From Oculina patagonica (lineage: Eukaryota): a stretch of DNA of 64,000 bases. The translations under genes were made by a program, and so were the position numbers. The notes below the pieces were generated by a model. The model made no database searches. It was not told the DNA's origin and saw nothing but the letters and a program-made list of their open reading frames with translations. Shown in pieces: positions 12,141 through 24,818 of the stretch. The DNA lies in NCBI RefSeq assembly GCF_052425735.1, contig NC_135761.1, positions 37,882,001-37,946,000 on the forward strand, in the 5' to 3' direction. Positions within the stretch are counted from its first letter, which is position 1, and every line of letters starts with the position of its first letter.

Positions 12141-14766
12141 TTTAATTTTTTTTTAATTTGAAGTGAAGTAACAGCTTACCGGGTAGAAATGAAACAAATG
12201 AAGATGGATGCAGAAACGTTTGCAAAGTACATCTTTAGCAATACAGAAATGAAAAGTGAAAACATCGGCTGGATAAACTTGGGTTTGGCAAACAGACAAA
12301 ACTTACCTATGGTGATTCAAAATTAAAAACGGTGATAGCTTAGTATCATTTATTAGCATTATTGTCAATTCCAGTTAATTTTACTTACTGCACATAGTAT
12401 AGTCTTTAGCACATAATATAGTGATTCTTTAAAACTTTGTTTTCACATGATGTTACCACGTGCTGAATAATGTCTGAAAATTACTAACAAATTTAAGGTT
12501 TTGTTATTTTTAATGAAGAATATGAAAAAGCAGAAACCGATACAAGGTAGGAAGATTTTAAATTTGGCGTGCTATATTTCAGCTGGCCAAACCATGCAGC
12601 CAGCTTTCTTCAGGTATTATGGGAGTTTACACTGGAAGGTGTGTTTTATATGCAATGATTGTGGTATTGTAGTATTTTGCATAATACGGGAAATACGAAA
12701 AGCTAATAAAATTGGCAGTGTGATTGTTTTTTATTTTCATTAGCTATCCGGTATCATGCAAGATACCACAATTATTTCATATAAAATACTCCTTCCAATA
12801 GGTCCGCAATGCATACATGTGTCTATAGCATTATGATCACCTTTTAAGCTTAGACTGCTGCAGAATAATATTCAAAATAGCTGTTGTCTTAAAGAGACAT
12901 TTGATCCGATGCAACACTTTGCCCTATTGAGTTATTTCTCTTTTAGTTTGGAAACTGTTTCCTTGAACGTCATCTGCATTGTCTTTGCACGTCGTCAGCA
13001 TCAGGCTGTACTCTGTTTGCTATTCATTATGTCATGTGCTAAATCTGCATCTGCCGCAACCAGTCTGCCTGTTGACCCTTATTTCACTGACAATAGCAAC
13101 AACAGGTACCGAAAGTGTCCAATTTACGGCTTTGTTGAATCGCACTTGGCCAGGCAAATACAGAATAAGCACAAAGGCGAAGACCTCAGCTTGTCCAAAG
13201 TGGCGAGACAGGTTGCTGTTGCTGAGAAAAAGGCAACAAAAGGAAACTTGTACCAATGTAGGTACAAGGGCTGCACGCAAGTAGTCACTAGAATGAGCCA
13301 GCATCTTCGTCGAAAACACAACCTTAAAGACTTAAAGAAGATCACTGAGGCACGGAAAAAGATTCATTTAGCTCAATAAAAGTAGCGAACAGCCAGCTAA
13401 AACGCTAAAACCATTAACTAAACGGCCCGCCACACGTCTAAGAAAGTCAGAAGTATGGACGCACCAAGGCACTTGGAAGGACAGACAATCTAAGGAGCGA
13501 ATCTTCGAGGAGGATGAAGAACTTGAAGAAAAGCCAGTACAACCGACGAAGAGGGGAGCTTTCATCCCCATAGGAACTCCGCTATAAAAAAGAAAAGTGA
13601 AGATGAAATGATGGAAGACCTTTCGTCGGATGATGGCTCCGACTGGGAGGTACCCTTTTGCCATCAAACCTGGAGGGAGTATTACTCCCAGAGGCGACTC
13701 TCAAAGGAAATTTGAGACCACTACTTGACAAATTTCCACAGTTTGTTATTGGACTTTGTAGGAGGGAGTCTCTCTGAGGAGCAAGCCCTTATACACGTGC
13801 AACAGGTGCACAAACTCCTGGAACGCCTAGACAAAGGTGGAAAGGATCCACGTTGTCTGGTCAGAAACCAATCTCTAGACATCTGGCACAATTTCTGTAA
13901 ACTGATGCTCCAGGAAAGGCGCCTGACCGGCAAAAACTTGAATACCATCCCGAAATACAAAACATCCATCCACCGGCGTACCGCTGTCCAATACACTGAA
14001 AGAAAGGTGAAACAAATGTACAGGCATTTAAAAATAGAGTACTTAGCGCTGAGCAAGAAAACACAGTTGGTCGAAAAAGCAATTTCCTTCTAAAAGACGT
14101 TGAAGAAAACAAAACGAGGGATCTGGAATGAAATGAATTCACTCTAATTTGGGACTATCTTATCGTTACAATCCTTGTCGAAAACGGGTCACGACCGGGT
14201 CTACTAGAAACCTGCAAAGTTAGTCCATTTCATCAAGAGCAACACGACTCAGAAGAAAAAACATATGTCATCCTAGTTGATGAACACAAGACCACACGTC
14301 ACATTGGGCCGGCAAAGCTGGTGGTTGATGAACACAACTACAGTCATATCCGGATCTATTGCGACTTTCTGTGCCCAAAGTATGTCCATTGCAGGTAAAA
14401 GGACGCCTTGTTCATCAATGCGAACACGGGAAAACAGTTTGCCAAGGGCACCATCGGCAAGCGTTTCCCAGGATTTTTCAAGAAGGCAGGAATAAGGGCT
14501 GACATGTAATGCCAGTGTTATGAGATGGAGGCTGACGAGATGCTAAGTCTGACAGATCGGCAAGTAATGGCTGACCACCTAAGTCACAGCATGGAGACAG
14601 CAATGTGAGACTACATCCACAAGATAAACCTTTGTTAGGCCAGCAAAGCCTATTGCCTTTTGAGAAGTTTGGTCGATAAAATATCCACCAGAACGACGGA
14701 GAACCCCGAGCAAAGTATTGAAGACCTTAGAGATAACGGCCTGCAGGATGACGGTTTCAATGAGAA

Positions 14767-16688
14767 TAACTGCATGTCGAAGTTTCCTTCGAGCCACCTC
14801 ATGGTATCTGTTTATTATTCTATGAACCTTTGCCTCTTTTCCAAGTAAGAACAAGAAACTTAATCAGTTTTGTAACCGTGCGGTTAATGTTTGACCACCT
14901 CTTTTAGTTCTTTGGCTAGAGAGGCACACCGCACAGTAAATCAAAGTGGCTACGAGCCACTAAACTCGGAAAATAAATTAGGAAACAAAGAGGAAACTTT
15001 TACAAAGATTTGCCACACTGCAGTTAAATCCACTCTCGACACATAACACCCAAAACATTTGAGGTTTTTAAAAATTGTTGATGAGAGCACTCGGAAAATA
15101 AATAAGGAGACAAAGAGGAAACTTTTACAAAGATTTGCCACACTGCAGTTAAATCCACTCTCGACACATAACACCCAAAACATTTGAGGTTTTTAAAAAT
15201 TGTTGATGAGAGCACTCGGAAAATAAATAAGGAGACAAAGAGGAAACTTTTACAAAGATTTGCCACACTGCAGTTAAATCCACTCTCGACACATAACACC
15301 CAAAACATTTGAGGTTTTTAAAGGTAAAAGCCTGTTCCGGCAAGTTTGTGGCCAAATATGGAACTTTTTTTTATTATAACGAACACAGAAATGCTTTGTT
15401 ATCACTTTCGCTTTTATCCCGTTCCGAGAATATAATTTATCACGCGCAATGCGTGACGTGTCAAATGTCACGTTGAATTGTTTGGTCGTCTGAGACGCAG
15501 CAAGTTGCATTCGGGCAACAAGTTTTTAGGAAAATTAAAGGCCCGGTTGCCCGAGAAAAAACTGCCGGACAATCCAGGAGAAAATTGAAGTGTAAGAAAT
15601 TAATTTTATAAATTTGAGAAACGAAAAAAAAACCTCCAAATAGCCCTCTTCTGATCGATGAATTGAACTCCACGACACTAAATCCATTTTCGTGTTGTCT
15701 TATAACCCAGACCTAACTTAATTACGCATGCAAATTTGTATGCCTTCGAAATTTTCGATATCTGGAAGCTTTGGAATGCATTTCTTGCTTCTTCTTGAAT
15801 GAAATTAAATTCTAAGCAAAGTTTAATTCAAGTTTCTTTCATATTTCAATCTTAAGTTCGGGAATATTGACTTTTTTAAGTGAAGAGATTTACGCATCTG
15901 TCTGGGAATTATTTGTTTATTTATAGCTGCCCGAGAAAAAACCGCCGGACAATCCAGGAAAAAAAATGAAGTGTATAGGACATTAATTTCATAAATTTGA
16001 GAAACTAAAAAACCTCCAAATAGCCCTCTTCTGATCGATGAAATCCACGACACCAAATCTGTTTGTGACATTTTTCGAACAGCTTCCGAGCGAATTACGA
16101 AATATCAAAAGCGCATTTAATTTAAAAATCATACGTCCTGTGAGTTTTTTACAAACTTCAAGGTGGGTGGCTTACTTTTTTGGCCCAGACCATGAAGCGT
16201 TCATTCCGAATAGTTCGTGTAGTGCAGACTGTAGTGCATTCTTGCTCCGCCTGATCGATACCTCGTCGTCCAAACACATCTTGATGGCCGTGATAAATAC
16301 ATCGCCACTTTTAAGACTTTAAAACCCATTTGTTCACTTGAGCATTCTTGAGCACATTTTCTGATCGTTTGTGAGGTCTTCAAAAGTATATTTTGAACAA
16401 AGGTGTAGCGAAAGGAACAAAATTTTAGCGTCGGACTCCACACGACAGACGCCATTTCAGCTCCTGTTGTAAACATGTACTGCCGCCTTTGTTCCAACCC
16501 TCTCCCCCCACATATATCAACAAGAGACAATGGCCCGACTTTGTGGACAAATCAAAACCTAGCAGGGGAGACAGGGGTAAACATATTTAATTCACTTTTA
16601 ATGCGGATTTAATGCATAACATTAATTGTTTAACGGGAATGGAGTGACATCCAAACCCCCACTATACCTCATGATACCATGAGGTAAA
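14767..16688 (-). mobile_element. Non-autonomous Helentron-type element (HINE/DINE-1-like)
   Basis: Subterminal inverted repeats acctcatggtatc (14796-14808) and gataccatgaggt (16673-16685). A small hairpin tcgaag-tttc-cttcga lies at 14777-14792 and a palindrome overlaps the other subTIR. Internal tandem repeats are present. Empty site in YR copy C (about 26650). Confidence 0.8.
14964..15322. repeat. 125-bp tandem repeat, about 2.9 copies
   Basis: Unit starts actcggaaaataaa at about 14964, 15089 and 15214. Copies are nearly identical. Confidence 0.95.
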
Positions 16689-17885
16689 AATGAAGAAAAA
16701 CAAGTAAAAGAGGTTGAAAACCCAGTTAGAGGCTTGGCATGTCAGGAAAATGCCAGTCCATCTGTAAGTATCCCATCCAGAAGTCGTCGTGAGTGGAATG
16801 AAAGCGACACAAAAGCCATAAATGACTTCTTTGCATCAACTACGGGCAAGCTTGGGAGAGGATAAGGTTATTAGTCAGTTTAAGAAGGAGGACACCTTAA
16901 AGCACCTCCTTGTTAGGGAAGGACGTCAGAGGTGTGTCCAGAAAGTCAAGAACCTGTTAAGAAAGAAGGCTGGCAAGTAGCACTTTGAAACTTTGAACAC
17001 ACGGTTAGCCATCATTTTCACAACCTCTAAAGACACCATTCCGTGAAGAATCGTCTTTTTTCACCATTATTTCACATATTTTTCACTATTTTTTTCACTT
17101 TTCAACCTCTGTAACAACTATTGTTACATGTCACTTGTTATAACTTTAACTATAAAGTGTTTGTTTCGTGGTTTCAGGACATATTGAGCCATCTTTAAAA
17201 AATCAACTGGAAGAAAAAGGTTTCAGAAGTCAAATGGAATGGGTTTCCCCATCCTATTTCTAAAAAAGTGATATGTTGTGGAATGATTAGAGAGATGACA
17301 GTATTGTGGGCCTTGTGATCTTGTGACATGAATGAATAACACATAATTTTCTCAACAATTCAATCAAAGCAAAAAAATGATATTTACAGAAAATGTTATG
17401 TCAAGTAATTGAATCCAGTTCGAAGATTGGCAAAGACACCAATGTTTTTCTCTGACACAAAGTACAATAAGAATTTAAAGGCAGCGTCATGAAAGAAAGG
17501 GTACTTTAAAATGGAGCCCGAAACCAAGCGTCACAATTTTTAAATAAGAAAAATCAGCAGCCATAATTGGGGATGGAGATCATAAGTGCATGCCATTTCA
17601 TTATTGGGGTTGTCCCCATGATAAGGAGCAAAGTATATTTCCATCAAAGAAGTAGAAAGAGAGCGGTTCTGACGATGGTGCAGACAACCTGTGGAAAAAT
17701 TTTCCCTATCCAGATGCAGAGCATTTCAGAATGCCATTTACCCCGCAGCGAGAGCCTGGTTTCCAGTTAGCCAGAGGCCAAAACTGAAGTCAAAAGGGTG
17801 TGCTGTAAAGGAAGAGCATATGTTGGCCTTTTCAACATAGATACAACATAGTGAATAGAACAAACAATGGAGATTGGGACAAATC

Positions 17886-18569
17886 ATGTTGTTATATTGC
17901 CTTTCTACTCCTCCTTATTTTAGTTGCCGTTGCCAGCAGGGCAAATGCAGCATCCAAAGCGGGACTACATGCAAATGTAGCATCCAAAGCTGGACTATAT
18001 TTTCAGCACTATGAATTGAAGATAAATGAAACAGGTTTTCTCTTCAGTGAGGTGTTAAAAGTTGATAAGTGCTAATGTTGATGGATCAAAGTTCCTCTGC
18101 ATGGAGATACTCGTTCCTTACAAATTTTTAACGACTTTGGCAGTGAAATAGCAGCTTATCGGGTAGGAAGTTCTGGAAAATGTTACGTGACAGTATTGGG
18201 AAAATCATTTTTCCAATCCAAATTAAACGAAGATGGATGCAGAAAAGTATGCAAAGCACATCTTTAGCAATACAGAAATGAAAAGTGAAAACATCGGTTG
18301 GATAAACTTGGGTTTGGCAAACAGACAAACCTCATCTGGGGTAATGCAGTGTTTCTGTGGTAAACTTCCAATCAAAAGAATGACAGAACCCCCACTGGGT
18401 GCGTTGAATGTGACCCGTGAGTTTAGTGACAGTAAAGGGCAGTGACGTCTTGGAAAAGTCCAATGACGTTGGTTTACCAAAAAGAAGGAGGAGCCACATC
18501 TCAGGGCAGTTCAATGACTGCAATAAAGAAGACCTCAAGGCGATTAATGAATACTTTAAGAAAAACTGA
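17886..18569 (+). pseudogene. Secreted BRICHOS-domain precursor, near-complete frameshifted copy
   Basis: Signal peptide, NDF..AY..GKCYV, CFCGKLPI and a KRRRS basic site. Confidence 0.75.
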
Positions 18570-18699
18570 ATTATTTTGATTTTTTTTCTTCTCAAAATTC
18601 TATTGATGTTATTGTTGAAAATACTGACAAATTTGGTAGTAAGCTCAAGTCTTATTAATCTTATTTTCGTCGGTTTTAGCTAACATCCAAAGAGTTTCT

Positions 18700-19445
18700 A
18701 ATATAAGTTGCAGACAGATCCAACGTTACAATTAACTATTTCTGCATTAGAACAAGGTTTGTCTGTACTTGCTAGTCCCGTGGTTGATATGGAGCATGAT
18801 GGTCGTGATTTGAATGTTAATATGTTATTTTTAGTTCTGGAGATTGCGAGCAATGAAAATTTTTGTGTGATTGAGCACTTGACTCCAGTAAGTTTAATAT
18901 ATCAGATAGTTGTTTTACTGGTCCTGTACGACAGGCAAATCTTGCTCTGATAATGTGTCCAATTAAAAACAAATTGTTTCAATTGAAGCTTTGGACAATG
19001 TTTTAGTAGCGAAGAAAGTTTTCTTTGTCCTACAAATGTATTGAAAACAGGAACTAGCTTGCAATGGTTGGGTTTTGCCTGGAATCCTGAACTGAATCCA
19101 TTGTTCCCAAGAAATCATTTGTCAGCACCGACCTATGATCATATCCAGCCGTTTGTTCACCTTGGTGGGCGTTTCTTCCTTTCAACGACATCTGGTACGA
19201 TTCTCACAAACACTGGTTATTTAGATATCACACCACTAGCCATCTACAATTTTCTGTGTAACCTTAGTTTTACTGGGATGAAAACAAGTCTCGCTACTTG
19301 TCCAAAGGCTTTGAGCGTGTCATTGCCGATGTTTTCATAAAATTCAATTGTATATGTTAAATGGGACCCAACCAAAAGTGATATGGGCACCTTTCAGCTC
19401 CATCATATCCTCCACGCATTGTCTTAAACCATTCTGTCATGAATG
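18700..19445 (+). pseudogene. env: Envelope glycoprotein ectodomain fragment (Cys-rich, F-protein-like)
   Basis: Stitched frames: QTDPTLQLTISALEQGL...FCVIEHLTP.KFNISDSCFTGPV...ESFLCPTNVL...WLGFAWNP...CNLSFTGM...CPKAL. The fragment runs into the LNxSVxND segment that begins the 2305 TM fragment. Confidence 0.7.
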
Positions 19446-19561
19446 ATTGTCGCTCAAGGCAAATGATACCTGTTTTTCGTGTAGAACACGATTTCTGGTT
19501 TTGGTCGTTGCTTAGTTTGGGAGGTTGACAATGTGGTTGAATTTGAAACAGATCTGTAGTT

Positions 19562-19805
19562 ACTTTATTTTGGTTTTTCATGTAGGTTTGTTGGTATTTG
19601 TTTTCTTAAGTCAGTCCTGGGGATGTCTCAAGTTTTCCAAGGTCAGAGAGTTTTTGAACCCAAACATGTCTACATTTTACCTATATTAGAAGGGCTAGTT
19701 TTTTTGCTTAAGTCAGTTGTGCATAGCTGGACTGTAGAAGCAGATGAAGATTAATGTTCTGAAGATGGACAGAGTCTTGGTACCTCCTTCAGCTCCCGAG
19801 TTATT
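19562..19805 (+). mobile_element. Partial LTR (matches about 23805-24047)
   Basis: Near-identical to the 3' part of the LTR at 23375-24101. Confidence 0.85.
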
Positions 19806-20985
19806 TCACTGACAATAGCAACAACAGGTACCGAAAGTGTCCAATTTACAGCTTTGTTGAACTGCACTTGGCCAGGCAAATACAGAATAAGAACAAAGAC
19901 GCAGACCTCAGCTTGTCCAAAGTGGCGAGAAAGGTCGCTGTTGCTGAGAAAAAGGCAACAAAAGGAAACTTGTACCAATGTAGGTACAAGGCCTGCACGC
20001 AAGTAGTTACTAGAATGGGCCAGCATCTTTGTCGAAAACAAAACCTTAAAGACTTAAAGAAGATCACTGAGGCATGGAAAAAGATTCATTTAGCTCAATA
20101 AAAGCAAACAGCCAGCTAAAACGCTAAAACCATTAACTAAACGACCCGCCACACATCTAAGAAAGCCAGAAGTACGGACGCACCAAGGCACTTGGGAGGA
20201 CAGAAAATCTAAGGAGTGAATCTTCGAGGAGGATGAAGAACTTGAAGAAGAAGCCAGTACAACCGACGAAAAGGGGAGCTTTCATCCCCATAGGAACTCC
20301 GCTATGGAAAGGGAAAGTGAAGATGAAATGATAGAAGACCTTTCGTCGGTGATGACTGGGAGGTACCCTTTTGCCATGAAACCTGGAGGAAGTATTACTC
20401 CCAGAGGCGACTCTCAAAGGAAATTCGAGACCACTACTTGGCAAATTTCCACAGTTTATTATTGGACTTTGTAGAACTCTCTCTGAGGAGCAAGCCCTTA
20501 TACACGTGCAACAGGTGCAACTACTCCTGGAACGCCTAGACAATGAAGGAAACGATCCACGTTGTCTGGTCCGAAACCAATCTCTAGACATCTGGCACAA
20601 TTTCTGTAAACTGATGCTCCAGGAAAAGCGCCTCACCAGCAAAAACTTGAATACCATCCCGAAATACAAAACATTCATCCACCGGCGTACCACTGTCCAA
20701 TACACTGAAAGAAAGGTGGAAGAAATGTACAAGCATTTAAAAGTAGAGTACTTAGCAATGAGCAAGAAAACACAATTGGCCAAAAAAGCAATTGCCCTTC
20801 TAAAAGACGTTGAAGAAAACAAAACGATGGATCTGGAACAAAATGAATTCACTCTAATTTGGGACTATCTTATTGTCACAGTCTTTGTCGAAAACGGAAG
20901 AAAAAACATATGTCATCCTAGTTTATGAACACAAGACCACACGTCACATTGGGCCGAGAGAGCTGGTAGTTGATGAACACAACTA
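19800..20985 (+). pseudogene. Zinc finger/tyrosine recombinase gene, copy B (truncated)
   Basis: Homologous to 13080-14340. Internal deletion after ENG, ending just after the EHKT region. Confidence 0.75.
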
Positions 20986-21478
20986 GTAAGTAGTAAGTAG
21001 TAAGGATCTACACTGTCTGGTCAGAAACCAATCTCTAGACATCTGGCCTTACGGGCAAAACTGTTTAGCTGTATGTTTCTGGAGATTGTTCGGAGTAACT
21101 ATTTCGTAAAAATCCAACTCCCTAAAAGGCAGAAATGTTATTTGAAGAAGACACATGGAGTTAAATTTTAAAAAAATGGCATCCAAATTCAAATTCTCGA
21201 GTGAGTTACAACAAAAACAAGTGCTATAACTTGCAAATGAGGAGTATAACGTCCAAAGTAAATCAAAGAAAGACCTCGCAAAGTATATTTCCATCAAGGA
21301 AGTAAAAAGAGAGCGATTCTGACGATGATGCAGACAACCCGTGGAAAAATGTCCCCCCTTACCCCTCAGCAAGAGCCTGGTTTCCAGTTAGCCAGAGGCC
21401 AAAACTGACGTGAAAAGGGTGTGGTGTAAAAGAAGACCATATGTTGGCCTTTTAGAACAGTGGAGATTGGGACAAATT

Positions 21479-22132
21479 ATGTTGTTATATAGCGCCTTTC
21501 TACTCCTCCTTATTTCAGTTGCCATTGCAAGTAGGGCAAATGCAGCACCTAAAGTGGGACTACATTTTCAGCGCTATGAATTGAAGATAAATGAAACAGG
21601 TTTTCTCTTCAGTGAGGTGTTAAAAGTTGATAAGTGCCAATGTTGAATGGATCAAAGTTCCTCTGCATGGAGATACTCGTTCCTTACAAACTTTTAACGA
21701 CTTCGACAGTGAAATAACAGCTTACCGGGTAGGATGTTCTGGAAAATGTTACGTGACAGTATTGGGAAAATCATTTCCCAATCCAAATCAAATGAAGATG
21801 GGTGCAAAAAAGTATGCAAAGCACATCTTTAGCAATACAGAAATGAAAAGTGAAAACATCGGCTGGATAAACTTGGGTTTGGCAAACAGACAAACTTTAC
21901 CTGAGGTGATTCAGTGTTTCTGTGGTAATCTTCCAATCAAAAGAATTACAGAACTCCCACTGGGTGCATTGAATGTGAGCCGTGGTGTAGTGACAGTAAA
22001 GGGCAATAACATCTTGGAAAGTCCAATGGCGTTGGTTTACCGAAAAGAAGGAGGAGTCACATCTTAGAGCAGTTCAAATACTGCAATAAAGAAGACCTCA
22101 AGGCGATTAATGAATACTTTAAGAAAAACTGA
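21479..22132 (+). pseudogene. Secreted BRICHOS-domain precursor, best-preserved copy (other fragments 26950-27287, 28084-28576)
   Basis: MLLYSAFLLLLISVAIASRANAA signal peptide, linker VLKVD..NVEWIKVPLH, and BRICHOS core NDFDSEITAYRV..GKCYV...IQCFCGNLPI. Intronless, with a few frameshifts. Confidence 0.8.
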
Positions 22133-22256
22133 ATTCTTTTTTATTTTTTTTTATTTTTTTTTTTTATTATTGAAAATACTGACAAATCTGGTAGTAAGCT
22201 CAAGTCTGATTAATCTTATTTTCGTCGGTTTTAGCTAACATCCAAAGAGTTCCTAA

Positions 22257-22525
22257 TATACAGCGGAAAATTAATCGTGGGTTTACTGCTTTTCTTAGGC
22301 TTTTTGAGATACAAGATATTCTGAACCAAGTATTGCGCCTGAATAGGAAAACATTGGTTGGCTACTCCGATTTACCTAAATTTGTTTCATCAAATCTGTC
22401 TCCCAAGTTGCAGACAGATCCAACGTTACAATTAACTATTTCTGCATAAGAACAAGGTTTGTCTGTACTCGATAGTCCCATGGTTTATATGGAGCATGAT
22501 GGTCGTGATTTGAATGTTAATATGG
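22257..22525 (+). pseudogene. env: env ectodomain fragment fused by deletion to the end of ORF-X
   Basis: IQRKINRGFTAFLRLFEIQDILNQVLRLNRKTLVGYSDLPKFVSSNLSPKLQTDPT... overlaps the 18708 fragment. Confidence 0.65.
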
Positions 22526-22680
22526 TCGCATCTCAAGAGTTTGAGGGAATTTTTGTTTTTCAAGACTTAATGCCAGCTTTGAGTGCGTTTAGTTTTCAAC
22601 GTATGGTTGAACAGCGTTACTCTGAGATCGAAGATATTTGATTGTGTTCGTTACTGTTTTACCTTGTTATTTCAGTGATT

Positions 22681-22947
22681 ATGGATATGATCGAAAGGTG
22701 GACGTGTCTTTTTTGTTTGACTTTAAAAAGCTCCACCACTTTCCCTATCGACTGGCTTTGTCTTCCGTGTGACCATATTATCTGCTTGGATTGTTTCAAC
22801 GAGAAGAGAGCTATCTTGGAAAACATGTTCCATTGCCCTTCTTGTGCTCTGGCAATACCATTTGGTGCCTCCATTTATTTTTGGTTAGCCACAACTCAAG
22901 TCGCGGCAGCCAACGAGCCAAGAAATGAATTAGACGAGTTGGACTAA
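22681..22947 (+). CDS. C3HC4 RING finger ORF, diverged copy
   Basis: Intact ORF with all Zn ligands kept. It differs from 3536 largely at synonymous positions, and the upstream CAG acceptor is retained. Confidence 0.8.
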   Translation: MDMIERWTCLFCLTLKSSTTFPIDWLCLPCDHIICLDCFNEKRAILENMFHCPSCALAIPFGASIYFWLATTQVAAANEPRNELDELD

Positions 22948-23361
22948 AGTAGTCACCAACAATTCCTATTATTGAACACTAGTAATTTCTATAGTATGTT
23001 CTGTAATATCTTAGATTAGTTTTGTTAATATAACCTTTCTTGTATTTGATATTTTTGGTATTATTTTTCATACTCATTATTATTCATTCTTAGTCTGCTG
23101 CAAAATTACATACTCGTAAATTTTGTGTAGTACTTTGCAGCATTTTCTAGTAAATTTTCAACTTTTTGTTTTCCTGTACAAGGACGGGTTGTCTGCTTGT
23201 TCTACATTTTGCTTATTTTATTAGCAATATATATTTTAAAGCTTTATTAACTTTATCAATTTTGTAGAATTTCCTCATTTTTAATACCAAGTTTTTATCA
23301 TTAACATTATTTACCTTTTATCGTTTTTCACCTATTTGGCATCGGGGACGATGCTTTGTTT

Positions 23362-24101
23362 AAGAAGGGGGGCATGTTGTGGAGCTTAATAGTTGTTTTT
23401 AGAATTTAGTTGTTTTAGTTCTCTGTCGGTTATTTGTCATTCTGTTGCTTCCGTTTAAGTCTTTTGTTGTAAGGGCCTGATTGCCCACACCAATGTTTTA
23501 AGTTGTTAATCTTAGTTATCGCTAAGCTGTAGTCTTTCCCAGTGGTCATGTTTGGGTTAGTGCCTCGAAACTTTGGTTATTTTGTTATTTAAGTTTAAAG
23601 CCCATGGTTGTTCAAGGTCTACCTCACACTAAGAGTTTCTAACTTAAGGTTGTGTTGGTTATCTTCCCAAGTGTTTGTATTTGAAGGTTCCGTTCCCACG
23701 GTAGAAGAACTTGAAGTCATCTACTGATCTAAATTTGGAACCTCCATAAAGGTTCCTGTTTTGGTCTAGTTTTTGAGCGTCTTGATTTGTCATTGGCCGT
23801 TTACTCTTTATTTTGGTTTTTCATGTAGGTTTGTTTGTATTTGTTTTCTTAAGTCGGTCCTGGGGATGTCTCAAGTTTTCCAAGGTCAGAGAGTTTTTGA
23901 ACCCAAACATGTCTACATTTTACCTATATTAGAAGGGCTAGTTTTTCGCTCAAGTCAGTTGTGCATAGCTGTACTGTAGAAGCAGACGAAGATTAAAGTT
24001 CTGAAGACGGACAGAGTCTTGGTACCTCCTTCAGCTCCCGAGTTATTTCCCCGATAAAGCAGTCCCACACTTATATCATAATCATATATCATATCATAAC
24101 A
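23362..24101 (+). mobile_element. Polypurine tract plus 3' LTR (23375-24101) of a Gypsy-like element
   Basis: tcggggacga...aagaagggggg PPT, then TGTTGTG...CATAACA termini. Confidence 0.85.
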
Positions 24102-24397
24102 GCTAGTCGGAGCACTTTAATCATGTGAAGAAATCGGACGTGAGATTGTGGCAAATCTTTGTCAACCACCACATTGCTACGAGTCCAACACTCGCAGGAA
24201 AGGCCCCAAAACCTAAAGAAAGGAATTTAAAACGCAAAGTGAATGAATGAATGTGCCACTTGTAATGTACATGTGTACAAACAGTAGATAAGTTGTAAAT
24301 ATAAAAGCCTTCAATCAGATACATTAAAAGGAGGTATATAAAATCACTCCTGAAATTATTAAATAAATGATGTCAATTTTCACTTCTCGTTGTTTTA

Positions 24398-24520
24398 GGC
24401 TATGTTTACACGGGACCGGTCCGGAACGGATCCGGTCCGATTTTCAGGCCGGATAGGCCTTCTGTTTATCACGGGACCGTTCTGGAACCGGTCCGGAACG
24501 GATCCAAAACTGGACCTGCT
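24398..24520. mobile_element. One end of a MITE (Harbinger-like terminus) with ccggaacggatcc repeats
   Basis: Starts aggctatgtttacac and has internal palindromic repeats. No matching second end was found. Confidence 0.5.
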
Positions 24521-24818
24521 ATTTTGCAGTGTGATTGTTCTTATGCGTATAAAATACTCCTTCCAATAGGTCTGCAATACGTACATGTGTCTACAGCATT
24601 AAAAAAAGATAGAAGAAAAATAAAAATTTTCGAACACCACCAAAATATCATCACCTTTTGAGCTTTTACTGCTGCAGAATAATATTTAAAATAGCTGTTG
24701 TGTCAAAGAGACATTTGATCCGATGCAACACTTTGCCTTACGGAGTTATTTCTCTAACGTCATCGGCATAGTCATTGCACGCCGTCAGCATCACGCTGTA
24801 CTCTGTTTGCTATTCATT

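Larger units (their letters stand above)
13029..16980 (+). pseudogene. Zinc finger + tyrosine recombinase + SANT/HTH-like tail gene, copy A, interrupted by a Helentron-type insertion
   Basis: C2H2-like fingers (CRYKGC...MSQHLRRKH), an acidic linker, and YR motifs ENGSRPG (about 14180), EHKT (about 14282) and DHLSHS...DY (14573-14614). The C-terminus resumes at about 16687. Multiple stops and frameshifts. Confidence 0.75.

Noticed and set aside
14950-15355. 125-bp repeats as a CRISPR array, and the ORFs across them
   Set aside because: Units are identical head-to-tail with no unique spacers and no cas genes. The ORFs are repeat artefacts.
20157-20852. 231-aa minus-strand ORF (also 13721-14056)
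   Set aside because: Antisense shadow of the YR pseudogene, with no motif.
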